64,000 nt of DNA from Negaprion brevirostris (lineage: Eukaryota): NCBI GenBank assembly GCA_030324005.1, contig JARDVH010000073.1, forward strand, positions 48,692,133-48,756,132, read 5' to 3'. The first letter of the stretch is position 1, and each line of letters begins with the position of its first letter. The notes below the pieces were generated by a model. The model was not told where the DNA came from, ran no database searches, and saw only the letters and a list, made by a program, of their open reading frames with translations. Positions 31,631-44,490 of this stretch are shown here, one piece after another. The translations under genes and the position numbers were made by a program.

Positions 31631-34600
31631 ACTATTGAAATCTTCAATAAGTCATTTGTCAAAATTAGTTTCATTAGACTATGGACCACTGCTTCAATGG
31701 TTTAGCCCATATCTTAGAAGCCGATTACCTGCAAGTTGTTGGTCTTTCACTGGTCTTTGATTGCAGCATCCTGGGTGAAAGCTTCTACTTTATGAAATGC
31801 CTTTTTTCCAGTCAGCTCTTCCCCGCTTCCCAACATGCAGTCACTTCTGTTTAAGGGACCACATCTTTGATTTTTGTGCAGCAGCTCTGCAAGGGCTGCC
31901 TGCTCGCGATTCAACATTCTGGTGATGGCATATAACTCAAACAACATAGTGAGTTNNNNNNNNNNNNNNNNNNNNNNNNNNNNNNNNNNNNNNNNNNNNN
32001 NNNNNNNNNNNNNNNNNNNNNNNNNNNNNNNNNNNNNNNNNNNNNNNNNNNNNNNNNNNNNNNNNNNNNNNNNNNNNNNNNNNNNNNNNNNNNNNNNNNN
32101 NNNNNNNNNNNNNNNNNNNNNNNNNNNNNNNNNNNNNNNNNNNNNNNNNNNNNNNNNCTGGTCTTCATCTTTCGCCACCCATCACTTCCTGTGCTGTGTG
32201 CTGTGATTATATTGATATACAGAAATAATGGGGCAGGGACAGACCAACTGGTCTTTCAAACCTGCCACACACTGGTGCTGATGGTGAGAGCATTATGACC
32301 ACACACTTTCTGCCATCCAACAGCCATACAACCACCTCAGAGGAGTAAGAAACAGAAAAACCCTGGGCCAATAATGGGGAAAAAAGCTGCTGTGAAAATT
32401 CCTCTCTGGCCATGTTGGGTGGTCTAAACCAGCCCAGGAGATTAAACATGATGCCTGTAAAGTCACTTACCTTCTATATGATTTTTAAAAAATTACCCCA
32501 TTCCTTAATTTACAAAGCCAATGCATATAGTATACAGGGCAAGCCCTTAATCCATCTCCAATAACCAATTCAAATTTAAATTGAATCCAATTCATGGTCC
32601 TCACAAGAGAGAGAGAGACACAAGATCCAAACTGACAAGAAAAGGCATTGCACCCCATCTTGGATTTGATCGGGCACTTAATCTTAGTCAAAAGATAGCG
32701 AAGATGAGGTGAAGGTGTGCGGAGAGTCAGCATTCACCATATAAAAATTAATGAGGCTCTCCCAATCCAACTTTTTGAAGCTTAGTAACTAGTTTCACTG
32801 TGATGAATGCAGCAGTGTTAATGTTCGCTAATGATGAACCAGACAGAGAGTACTGAAAGTTCTGAGCCACTGGCTCTGCTTTCCAGGGTTTATAAATGTT
32901 AGGTTGTTAACTCCACAGTGCAAAGTTCAATTCTGTGATGTTTGTGTGGGGTTGGGAGTGAGTTGGCAGATGAAGCATAATAGCAGAATGATATTACCCT
33001 GAGCTTTACCTTTCCCCACTGTTTCCACACTGTTTTATACCGAGATGGTAGCCCTCCTTCCAATGGAACCAAAGGCTTGTAATTTGCAACAATCAATTCT
33101 TCTGCAATCGATTTCTGTTCCCTTGCATTGGGTGGCCTCTAGCCATATCAGCAGGAAACTCACCTTGACAGGTTGTAAGTTGAAGAAGCACCTACTTAAT
33201 TCTGAGGGTCAAAGAAGCACAGAAGGAGACCATTTGGCCCAGCAAATCTACGTTGACATAATGGGTGGTCAGTGCTAGTTGATAGGCTGGAAAACCTGCA
33301 GCACTTCCAGTATAGCTGAAGTGATGTAAACATATGGGAAGCCCTTTCAAAGTATCAGTAGCCCAAATCTCCAAAAAATAGGTTGCAGCCAGAACATATT
33401 GGAGTGTGATAGCAATAAAAGTACATTGCAGCCTCTTGCCATATCAGTAGGGAAGGCATTGTATAATGCTAATTGTATCATTTGAAGTTAAGTATAAATG
33501 GGTGGACAACATTGATTGGATGATTACTTGAGCACACATAAAGTGATACTGACATGAGTAGAATGGAGTCAGGAGATCAGTGCCTGTAATATTTCACTCT
33601 GTGAATAAATCAAATACACAAAGATTGGCTTTGCATTTTCCTTTACTAACTTGGCTATTTACTTTCATTCTTATATTGGATGTGGGTATTACTGGCTACA
33701 TCAGCATTTGTTGCCCTTGAAAAGATGGTGGTGAGTTGCCTTCTTGAATCACTGCAGTCCGTGCTGTTAGGGAGGGAATTCCATGATTTTGACCCAGTGA
33801 CAGTGACAGAATGGCACTACATTTCCATGTCAGGAATGGTAAGTGGCTCGAGATGCAGAAGCTTGCAAGTGGTAGTGTTTCCAGATCTATTANNNNNNNN
33901 NNNNNNNNNNNNNNNNNNNNNNNNNNNNNNNNNNNNNNNNNNNNNNNNNNNNNNNNNNNNNNNNNNNNNNNNNNNNNNNNNNNNNNNNNNNNNNNNCAGA
34001 TCTATTAGGGATATAATAGTGTGAGGGGTTAGTGAGGACCAGTGGTAAATGTAGCCCATGTTAGTAGGCAACACGAGTGGCAAACATGTTGAATTGCTGC
34101 CATCTGGAGAAAATAGCCTGGAATGCATAACAGGCCACCCAGACCAGCACCCTTAATTTACCACATAACAACCAGGGGTTTTGTTGTAAACACTTGGAAG
34201 TTACTGCCTGAATCCCCTTAATCAACAACATAATTTAGATTTTAAGGGCACCAAAATGTAAACCTTGCAGTTTTTGGTGACTGAAATGGAGTCACTTTGC
34301 ATGGCACTATAAACGTCAGTAAATCTAGAGCAGGAAACAAATGCTACTTTTCAACAGACCAATATCACAAATGTGCTTTGTTGAGATTCAGCCCTGATTT
34401 TCTGGTAGGACAGGATCATTCTGCCAAAGAGGTCTCAGCAAGCAACAAATCATATCAGAGGATTTTATGGCCTTGTCTGTCCCAAAACCGTAAAATCCTA
34501 CACGAGGTTAATGGTCCTTTCCATTATCCAAACCTCACCTGCTCCGATTCCGATAGCAGGCGGGACAGTAAAACTCCGGCCATATAGCAGGGACTCCTCA

Positions 34601-36539
34601 TCAATTCCCACCTCAAACCTGACAGAAATCACTAGATGTTTTGGCTGACAGGAGATCACTGCCAGTGATTGCAGGAACTGATCCCAGTAGTGATGAGGCG
34701 GGCAGAAGGGGTGTCACTCACAATTGAAGGAACCAAAGTATTGGGGCGGTGGGGAGCGTTAGGGCTTTTTTGTGGGGCCCAAAGCTGTTCTTCCTGGCCC
34801 TCAAGGAAACTTGGAAATATTTTTCAAAAATACAGCTTGGAATTTCTGGACCATCAATCCAGCTTCTGGCAAGTCGGCTTTGAAGAGAAATCGTCATTGT
34901 TTTCCACCACAGCATCTCTTGAAATAGCAGATCAGGATCTTCCATGATGTCATTGCAAGATCGTGATCTGCTATTTCAAGTCATGCTGTACATATTTCAA
35001 GTTGACTTGGGATGGGTACCCTTTGCCTGCACCCTCCCTTGTTGCTTTGCTGGACTTAACTGAGGCCCTTGGTCAGCTTCAGAGTCAAATGGATTCACTC
35101 TTGTGTTACCAGTGAACTGCTTCCAGAATTGCAGCTAGTCCCTACAACTCCCTGAAACTGACCAACTGAGGATGGCAGGCCACTTTGTCGTGGTCCAACC
35201 TAATGAGACCTGTGCAGCAGCAGAATGACTCTGTGATTCAGACCCCATTCCATTTCTAGACTCAAGCGTACAAACTGCAGACGACTAAGTGAAGCACATG
35301 AAGTGGCTGAGTAAGTAAATGATCTCCATGAATAGGAATTGACTTCGGAAGTCTAGAAAAGACATGGTACCAATAAAACTTCTATTTCATTAATGACTAG
35401 GACAAAAAGGATAAGCAAAAATTTGACTGACCAGGCAATATTCAAGAAAATATGGCATTTGTAATCTTATTTTCAATTAGATCATCTTTTTTGGTGTGCT
35501 ATCAATTAAATGTGGCTCTTTTGCTGTAACTCAAGAGAGGCTTTTTAAGTAAGATGTTGTACAATGACCACCTTCTCTCTCAGAATGTCTACTGAGGAAA
35601 ATTGCTCTGAACCATGACAGAAACATAGCCTGAAGCACTTGTTTGTTTTCAGATCGTTTAAATAGTTATCTTTGTTTTGTTCTGAAAGTATATGAGAATT
35701 TTTGACAGCAGCATACTAATGAAGCTGTAAATCTCTGTGCAACCAACCTGCTCTCTCAACTATTGTTAGAATTGTCTCACTGAGATGTGGGGATTGTTTT
35801 AACTCAGGACAGGTGGGGCTGTGAAAGGTGAGGGAACTCCCCACCCCCTCTGTGGGGAATATAGCTTCAGGCCTGGGCTACATTTGAACGATTGAGAATG
35901 GTTTCTCTCCTGTCTGGGTTGGCGGAATAGGTGCAAGACTTGGGTCAAGACCCAAGGGAATGATGCTCCGCATGGTTAACATTTAGTAAGGGGCTTTGGC
36001 AGCTGATAATGATGCCAGGAAGAGGCAGACAAATCCAGAGTTGGAGAATTGCAGGGTCTGTGAGGGAAGAGATGGTGATTGGCAGCATTCCAGCTCCTAC
36101 TGATCCACAAGAACCTGACAAAAAGAACATCTTTTAAAAATAGTTCTTCACCTCTGCTGGCCACATAGACACACCAGCCGTAGTGCAACTATCGAAGTTG
36201 ATCTTGTGTGGACCTTGCAGATGTAGGTTAAAACGTCCTTGTGCATTGATGTTACCACTGGGCCATGGCTTNNNNNNNNNNNNNNNNNNNNNNNNNNNNN
36301 NNNNNNNNNNNNNNNNNNNNNNNNNNNNNNNNNNNNNNNNNNNNNNNNNNNNNNNNNNNNNNNNNNNNNNNNNNNNNNNNNNNNNNNNNNNNNNNNNNNN
36401 NNNNNNNNNNNNNNNNNNNNNNNNNNNNNNNNNNNNNNNCCATTCCCCCCCCCCCACAACCTTTCAAACCATGTATGTCAGGCCAGTTTCACTACTTCAT
36501 GCATTTTATTGTGTGAAAGTTCTTCCAAAAATCAGAGAA

Positions 36540-37870
36540 TGGCACTGAAGGCCATTCTGCCTGTTGAATCCACGCTGATTTTCTGCTGGAGCAATTTAGC
36601 TAGTTCCACTCCCCCTCACTTTCCCTGTGGTGCTGCTAATGTTTTCTCTTCAAGTGCTTATCTCATTCCTTTTTGAAAGCCTCAATTATATTTGTTTCCA
36701 CCTCACACTCAGGCAGCGATTTCTTTGACAATCACTTTAAAATGGTGTCCTTTGGTTCGAGGCCCTTCCACAGATGGGAACAATTCTTCTCTAATATCTC
36801 TGTCTAGAGTTTTCATGATTTTTGAAAACTTCCAGTTAAATTCCTTTTCAACATTCCATAAGGAGAGCAACCCCAGATTTTCCAACTATCTACAGAGCCG
36901 AAGTCACTCATTCTCAAAACACTTTTCTGCACCCTGCCAGAATTGGACACAATACTCCAGTACTGCAAAAATCCAATGTTTTATAAAGGGTCATCATAAC
37001 TTCCTTACTTTTGTACTACTTTCTCAACTTGTCTTGCCACCTTCATCAATTTGTGCACATATAACCCAGCTCTCCGTCCCAACACTCCTTTTAGAATTGT
37101 GTCCTTTATTTTATATCACTTCTCATTCTTCCTCGCAAAATGAATTACTTTACATTAAATTTTGTCTGCCACTTACCCACTCATTCCACCAGCTTGCTTA
37201 TGTTCCCTTGAAGTGTCTTAGTATCTTACTCATAGATTTTCCAAGCTTTATGCCATCTGCAAATCTTGAACAACCATTGACCACTACTTTGTTTTCCGTC
37301 ACTCAGTTAACTTTGTATCCACACCGCCGCTATCTCTTTTATTCTATGAGCTTCAACTTTGATGCCTATTTGATAACATTTTATCAAATGCCTTGTAGAA
37401 ATCCATGTGCATCTTATGAACTGGATTACCTTGATAATACCCTCTGTTAACATGGATTACCTTTAACAAATCACTGCTGTCATTCCATAAATTAATCCAC
37501 ACTTACCCAAGCATTTGTTATTTTGTACAGGATTATTGTTTTGGATTACTAAAGCTTTCCACCACCAAAGTTAAAGTGACAGACCTGTAGTTTATCCTTG
37601 CACCCTTTTTTTGAACAAGGGCATAATATGAGTCATTCTCCCGATTTTTGACATTTCTTGACATCACCCCTACATCTTAGGAGAATGGCCAGTGCCCCTG
37701 CAATTTCCTGTTTTGTTTCCCTCTGCATCCTTGGGTACCTCCCATTCAATCCCAATGATTTACTAACTTTAGATACTTCACTTACAATACTGCTTAATCA
37801 ATTTTAGCCCAACAGTATTTCAACCACCCCCACTTTCACAGTCTTTAGTAGCATCTCCCTCCTTGATGAA
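36540..37870 (-). mobile_element. degenerate CR1 LINE
   Basis: antisense RT remnants ('atgccatctgcaaatctt', 'ttatcaaatgccttgtagaaatccat', 'gacagacctgtagtttatcc'). Confidence 0.7.
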
Positions 37871-39377
37871 GACAGTTGGAATTTTTTAGCTTGGGAGTTT
37901 AAAGTTCATGTAAGCAGATCTAAAGTAGTTAGAAGTCATGAATTAGCATGTGTATAATATGCTCATAAATGTATTCATTTACATAGGATGAAGTCCTCTG
38001 ATCCCTCTAGTAATGGGAAGTTTAGGAATTCTGTTCCAAGGATCTTAAAGGTGGGTCAAACTTCCCGACAAGCGATGATAGGAAGCCCTTGTTGACACAT
38101 TAGCAGGTCATGCATATTCAGTAAAAGGTCACCTTGCCAGAATTAAGTTCCCCCTCCAAACTAATCTCCCCGCCAGTGAGTTATTGTAAAGTTAACTTTA
38201 ACGGCTGCACATAGCTGGCGTGTATGACTTCTTCCACAACTTTAAGGTGAGCAGATGCTGTTTCCATCTTTTTGGAGACCAGTCACAACTTGACGCATAC
38301 CAGGTACCGGTAACAAAAGCTGTGCTGAGGCTGAATACGAGAGGCGGGAGAAGGGAGGCTGTCAGGGAGCCCTTTAAGTATGGACCTTGGCCTCTTGAGG
38401 TAACGGCAGGAAATAACTCTTCCTGTTGCAAATATGCACGGATACATATTTAATAAGCTAACCATTGCAGGATCGTGCATGGTCAGCTGACCTGCACCCG
38501 CAGTAAAAAATATTGCGACTCCCACTTACTCCACCAAACTTAGACTTCAGAATGAAAGTTTCCATCCAGAGAATGAACTTTGCAAAAGAAATCTAAAATA
38601 TTCAACAAAATTGATGACTGGCAGGTGCAACTGAATTTCTTTTACAAATTACTAAAGGTTTTTTTGCCTCTATAAAAATTAAACATAGGATTTTTGACCA
38701 TCTGGAATTGTCATATTGAACTGATTTATAACCAAGACTTCATTAATGTGTCTGAACAGGAGTGCCATGACATTGCCTTGATATGGATACGGTTGTCAAG
38801 TTGCATCACCTTTAGATTGAGAAGATGTGTAAACTACTTTTAATGGAAAACATATATCTTTGCCTTCTGCAGCCGAAGTTTCAGTCTTCAGCTAAGCCAC
38901 AAGAATTTACTTACCTGGAAAGAAATGCTTCTTGTAAATAGCCGATCCATAATGTTGTTTCAAATGAGCTTGAAATTTCCTGATCTTACAGCTCAAGTCA
39001 TCTACCAACTTCCTCTTCCTCTTGTAGATTAATAATTACCTACTTGCCCTCCCATTGGCAGCTATGCCTTTAGCCGTTATGACTTTGTGCTCTAGAATTC
39101 CTTCAGCAAAACTGTCCACCATCCCTCCTCTTATGTGCCTCTCCTTATTACCCACTGCAATGGCCAAAACTTTAATCACCCTTCCTTCGTGTTATTGCAC
39201 CTTGGTGAAGTATGTTGGATATTTTTCTGCCTGATAAAGATGTTTGAAGGATAGTTGTAATAGTTGACTTGCTGAAATTTCCTTTCTGGCCTAGCCTGTT
39301 CTCTATCTGTATTAACCCTCTAAGATATGAAGTGAATTCACATGGAAACCTCTTGCTCTTGAGCCTCGAAATAAAAT

Positions 39378-39640
39378 AAAATGTTGCATTTATATAGCAG
39401 CATTCATGACCTCAAGATATGTCAAATTACTTGACAAAACACTAAGTACAGATTATGCACAGCAAGGTCCCACAAACAACAGTATGATGATTTGACAAGG
39501 TAATCCATTTCAGTGATGGCAGTTGACAGATGAATGTTGGCCAGGACACCAAGGATAACTCTCTTGCTCTCATTTGAATAGTGACATGAAATCTTCCACT
39601 TCCACCTGGGAAGTAAGTTTACCACCTCATCTGAAAGATA
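39378..39640 (-). mobile_element. DeuSINE (SacSINE1-like)
   Basis: 'ttgcatttatatagc...gcacagcaaggtcccacaaac...ggccaggacacc...cctcatctgaaaga'. Confidence 0.65.
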
Positions 39641-41819
39641 GGGTGGGATTCTCCAATCATTCAAGTCAATGGGATTTCCTGGTCCTGCTGCACTGAACAG
39701 ACAGTTGGCTGAACAAATTCAATGTCCTTGCTGGCAGAAGCGGTAGGGCATGAATGACTTCAGCATTCCAGCCATAGTCTCCTCAACAATGTCATCAGGA
39801 GAGTACAGTTGGAGAATAAATGTTTTTCACAGTGAGGAAGAATCTGAAGGGCATTCTTTCAACCTGACTGGAGCAGTTGGTTCGACAAGAAGACTCCGAG
39901 TCAAGAGGGAACCTAAAAGATTAGAGGAAAACAGCTCAAAGTGAATTAATTTGCCACTATGGTGTGCTTCTCCCGCAGACAGATTGTCTAGTTTAGGTGT
40001 ATGCAGCCATGTATGTTAAAACAATATTATTCTGAAAATACCTGAAAAATGTTAGCCAGCTGCCAAGTTAAATGGATTTTTAAAAATGGGTTCAGTTGGT
40101 ATTTTTAAAAGTGAATTGCCTTTGGTTTGATTGCCAACCCTGCTCCTCGCCTATTAATGCCACATTTCAATAATGACAGCAGCTTTTCCCCTTGCATTGT
40201 GTGACCACCCATCAGAATTAATTTATCTGGAGAAATGAATAGTTTGCACTAAGTAAGGATGCAGAAGTTCCATCCTTTTCTGAAATCAGAGTCAATGATT
40301 TATCAAATTTTAGTGATATTTTAACTTGGGAATTTAGTTGATGTTTTACTTCTAAAAACAGTCCCTAGAATTAAATCATGGATTTTCACTGCTGATCATG
40401 CAGTTCAATGTATTTATTATCGGAACAGAACAGGACAATTTAAAAAATGCAAGGGGCCCTGATTCAGGGATTCTTGCATGCGTTCCAATTTTTACAAACA
40501 CTGAATAATGGTGTGGATGATGAGCCCATACCCTGCATAACTAACTTTAGCTGGCTCCATGCCGGTGGGGGGGGGGGTGGGAAGACACGTCATTTATGCC
40601 ACTCCTTGAGTCTTCCTGGGGTCCAAGCTTCTCCAGGACTTGTGATTCACAGCTGTTCAAGAGGAGTTGTGAACCATCGTCTGGATTTAGGAACCTTTTT
40701 AACAGGTAAATTTAAAAGGTGTTACCTAACTCCCCTCATATCCTCATGACCCCTGCATATGAGCAACATAATAGCAATGGCAACTCTTTGAAATGCTCGT
40801 GAGAAAAAAAACTCAATGAACATCTAACTTGAAGAAACTGATTTGGCCAACTGTTCTGTTGCTACAGTTGTCAGATAGCCTCATTATAAATGCTTGGCTC
40901 AGCTCCAAGATACTATAATAGAATCAGCTTAGGGGGTCAGTTTAGACAGCTTTGAAGGTGAATGTTGTCTTTGACATGTTTATGAGCTTAGAATAAGTTA
41001 CTCTTCCTATGATGTAATTTTTCAATGTCTGTGTTTAGTTGAACAAAATTAAAGGTATGAAATGACTTATAATAAACAATGATAATATGAATGGCTGCCT
41101 GACATTTTTGAAAGGTTGTAAGAACAGCAGTATTTAACAAAGAAGATTTTTGCATGGGTGTCGTTTCATGAGAATTTCAAAGGCTTGCTACTGTTATACT
41201 GTCATTAGTTCTATACATAGTTCATATGGATGAGAGGGCGTGGAAGTGGCTTGGAATATAAGGGGCTATGGAGGGGACATAGGAGGTATGTGAGGGATGA
41301 GGAAGAAAGGGTCTACCAGCTTTAATACAACCCAGACGAAGTCCCATTGACGCACGTCAAGTCTTCCAACCAGCCAGCTCAGCAACTGCCCACATCTGTG
41401 GCCACCTCTGAACTAATTCCGGAGGAAGTGAGTCTGACTCTATCCTCCTCAGCATTCCTCAGAATCAAGATATCGGACCCTTCTAAAGCAGACAAGTCCA
41501 CCTTGACTTTCATGCCTCCTCCACAAAAATCTGGCCCCACGTGTTTACAGATATTTTTCTGAAATTGAAATTTTTTCTTTACAGTAGTATTATGGAAGTG
41601 ATAGCATTATTGTACAAAGATACCATGTATGTTTATACAGGATAAGGAGAAATAACAAATTGAATTGCTAATACAATATTAGAGGCTGCACAATGAAGAA
41701 CAATTGGATTATTCTCTGGTGAAAGAAATCTTGTAGCCATGAGGAATAAAATCATGTCTAACATCAGATATCTGTCTGGTTTCAAATTATATGAACCATA
41801 TAATTTGTCTGTTCATATA

Positions 41820-42170
41820 TGTCTGAGATTTCTGCAATCCTCCAATTCAAGCCTCTTGCACATCATTTCCCATTACCCCACCATTGGTAAGAGAACAATG
41901 AGCTGTTTTGGCACTAATATTCTGGAAATCACATTTCTCTCCACCCCCACCAGCCCCACCTTCCCCCCTGCCCCCCCACAACCACCCACCAAATCTCTTT
42001 GCCTCTTTATCTTGCCTCCTTTAAGATGCTCCTTAAACCTTGCTTTTCCAATTAAGCTTTTAATTAGCTCCCCTGATGTCTCCTTAGGTGCCAATCTTTG
42101 AAATCTTTAATGCTCTCGTGAAGCAGCTTTTAAAGTTTTTCGACACTGAAGGTACTGTCTCAATTCATGT
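41820..42170 (+). mobile_element. L2-like LINE 3' tail
   Basis: same family as the antisense piece at ~19200-19500 ('cctccaattcaagcctcttgcacatc...cctttaagatgctccttaaacc'). Confidence 0.5.
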
Positions 42171-43559
42171 TCTTACATATACTCTTAATTATGGCAATGC
42201 CATGGGCTAATTGGAACGGGCTCCCATCATTCGTGTAGCAGTAGTTATTTTTTGATGGCTGCGGAGCCTCACTTGACACAGGAAGAACACAAAAATGTCA
42301 CTGTTCTATCTCCACCATTCATTTTTGTCATTTCTGCCCAGTTGCCCCAGTAAATTTGAATACAAAATGAAGGTTTATTAGCTCTGAAGTGCACAAAGGT
42401 TTGGTAGCGTGTATCAGTGTGCTGCTACAAATACATATTGTTCTTTTTGTTGGATGAATCATCAGGATAAACATTTTTCAAAAGTCTGGCAGGGTGTAGA
42501 TTATATTATAATTAACAACTCCTGGTTATGGTTGATGCCAGATGTTACTGCTGATCACGATGGGAAGCAAACAAACTCCTGGTTCTTTGAAATTTTTTGA
42601 TTGACTGGCTTATACTGGTGAGGCTGCCCTGTTGCCATTGAGACCCACCTTTGATTATCTGCATTGTTTAATTGTGAACTATACCTTTTCCATCAGGTTG
42701 GCAGCTCTTGCTCAGAGATCCTTGCTTCTGGTATATTTCTGTAACTGTAAAAGGACAGCAAAAGTGCTAAAGGTTGTCTTTCCCATTTTTCTTCATTGCT
42801 TACTTTTTTGACAATGATGAGGGGAATTTAGTTCTTTAAAATAGTTCCATGGTTCTGTTGATCCATCAGGCACACTCAGCCTGTCAAGTTATCTTTGATA
42901 AACAATAACTCTTGATAAACACAACTTAGTAGTTTGTGATCTCTGAAAAGTAGTCTAACTATCTAAATTTCTAAATATTTCCCAGAGTTATGGGATAACT
43001 CTTAGCATACTCAGCATACTTGTAAGAGAAAAAACACTACTCATCACCATCTACACCTGAATTACTTTGTACATACGGTAAGGCTTCTGATCAAAGAGAA
43101 TGTGAGCTCCCTTATGGTAGCTGACTTTAGCATTTGAGCACATAGATTGTATTAAGGGAGATCATAACAGCATAATTAGATTTTATTATGTCTCAGGCAG
43201 TCAGTGGCTGGATCAGTTAAGAGATCACTGACGGTCAGAGGGGATTCATGGGAAAAGACTGGATGCAGGCTTAAGTCTTCTCTGTACCTGATCTGAGACA
43301 TGCCAAGTACCAACTGTGGCATTTTCCCCCCATGGGGAGGAATGTGAGCAGAGTAAGTTCTATCTAGATGATCTATGGTTCCCTCTCTATTACAGGAACA
43401 TCAGCTGTACCCTGGAAGCACACTGCCCTTCCGACCTCAGCTGCAGATATTAGCACAAAACTTGGTGAAAAAGAAAGGAGATCAAAATGTAGAAAGGCAA
43501 ATAGTTATCCAACATACTCCGGTTAAAGATTCCTTATCACTTACCAAACCATGTCACAT

Positions 43560-44490
43560 GATTACTGTCAATTCCATGTGCTCTCATTTTCACAAATAAT
43601 CTCTTTGTGCCACCTGCAACAAATGCTTTCTGGAAGTCTATCCGTAACATCCATAGACACTTCCTCGTCTACCATGATAATGACCTCTCCAAAAGTGTGA
43701 CTGGGTTATTCAGACATGACAAAAACCACAAATCCAACTTGGCTCTCTTTTGATCAACTGATGGCTGTTCCTGCACTCAGTCGTTCTGTCTGCAACAGAT
43801 CTGTAATTCACTGGCCTGTCTGTCCTTTCCTACTTAATAAATGGAGCAACATTTGCAATATGATACATTTCAGAAGCATTGTTACTCATGTTGGTACGCT
43901 TTGGAAAATTATGACCAGTGGATCTGCAAATTCCTCACCTGCTTTAAAAACCGGGCATGGAAACATCAGTTCCGGGAGAGTTGTCTTCCATCACACTAAT
44001 GAAAGGAGTGAAGATAAAGAGGAATGTTATTGTGTACAAGAGTGTGAATGTAGAGGCCATTGACAGATGTACTGTATTGGGAAGCATAAGAGGTACACAA
44101 ACTAGCTTGGGCAGCAGGCCTATTGAAGCAGACACGGAAATGACTGAAGACTGCAGTGAGATTTAGACTAAGGTGCCACCTGCTCCAGGAAATTCTGCAG
44201 CAACAGTTGAGCATCCATAAAACTGTGTCAGAGCCATTGACCTCAGAGTACATGTCACGGGACCCTTCTAGGCAGCAACAAGGTGCAATAACAGAGGGTT
44301 TGAGTTTGAGCCGTGGGGTTATGCTGCAACTGTACCGGATGTTGGTGAGACCACATTTGGAATATTGTATTCAGTTCTGGTCACCTCATCATAAGAAGGA
44401 TGTGGAAGCATTGGAGCCAGTGCAGAGGAGATTTGCCAGGATGCTGCCTAGTTTGGGGGGGGGTTAGGTCTTATGAGGAAAGATTGAGGG
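43560..44490. mobile_element. CR1 fragments (- strand ~43560-43960; + strand 44290-44490 running into the gap)
   Basis: MLQLYRMLVRPHLEYCIQFWSPHHKKDVEALE.VQRRFARML, a typical CR1 ORF2 C-terminus. Confidence 0.8.

Noticed and set aside
36692-37450. Longest gap-free ORF in the track (252 aa, + strand)
   Set aside because: It is the antisense strand of a decayed CR1 LINE, with Ser/Leu/Phe-rich composition and no domain.
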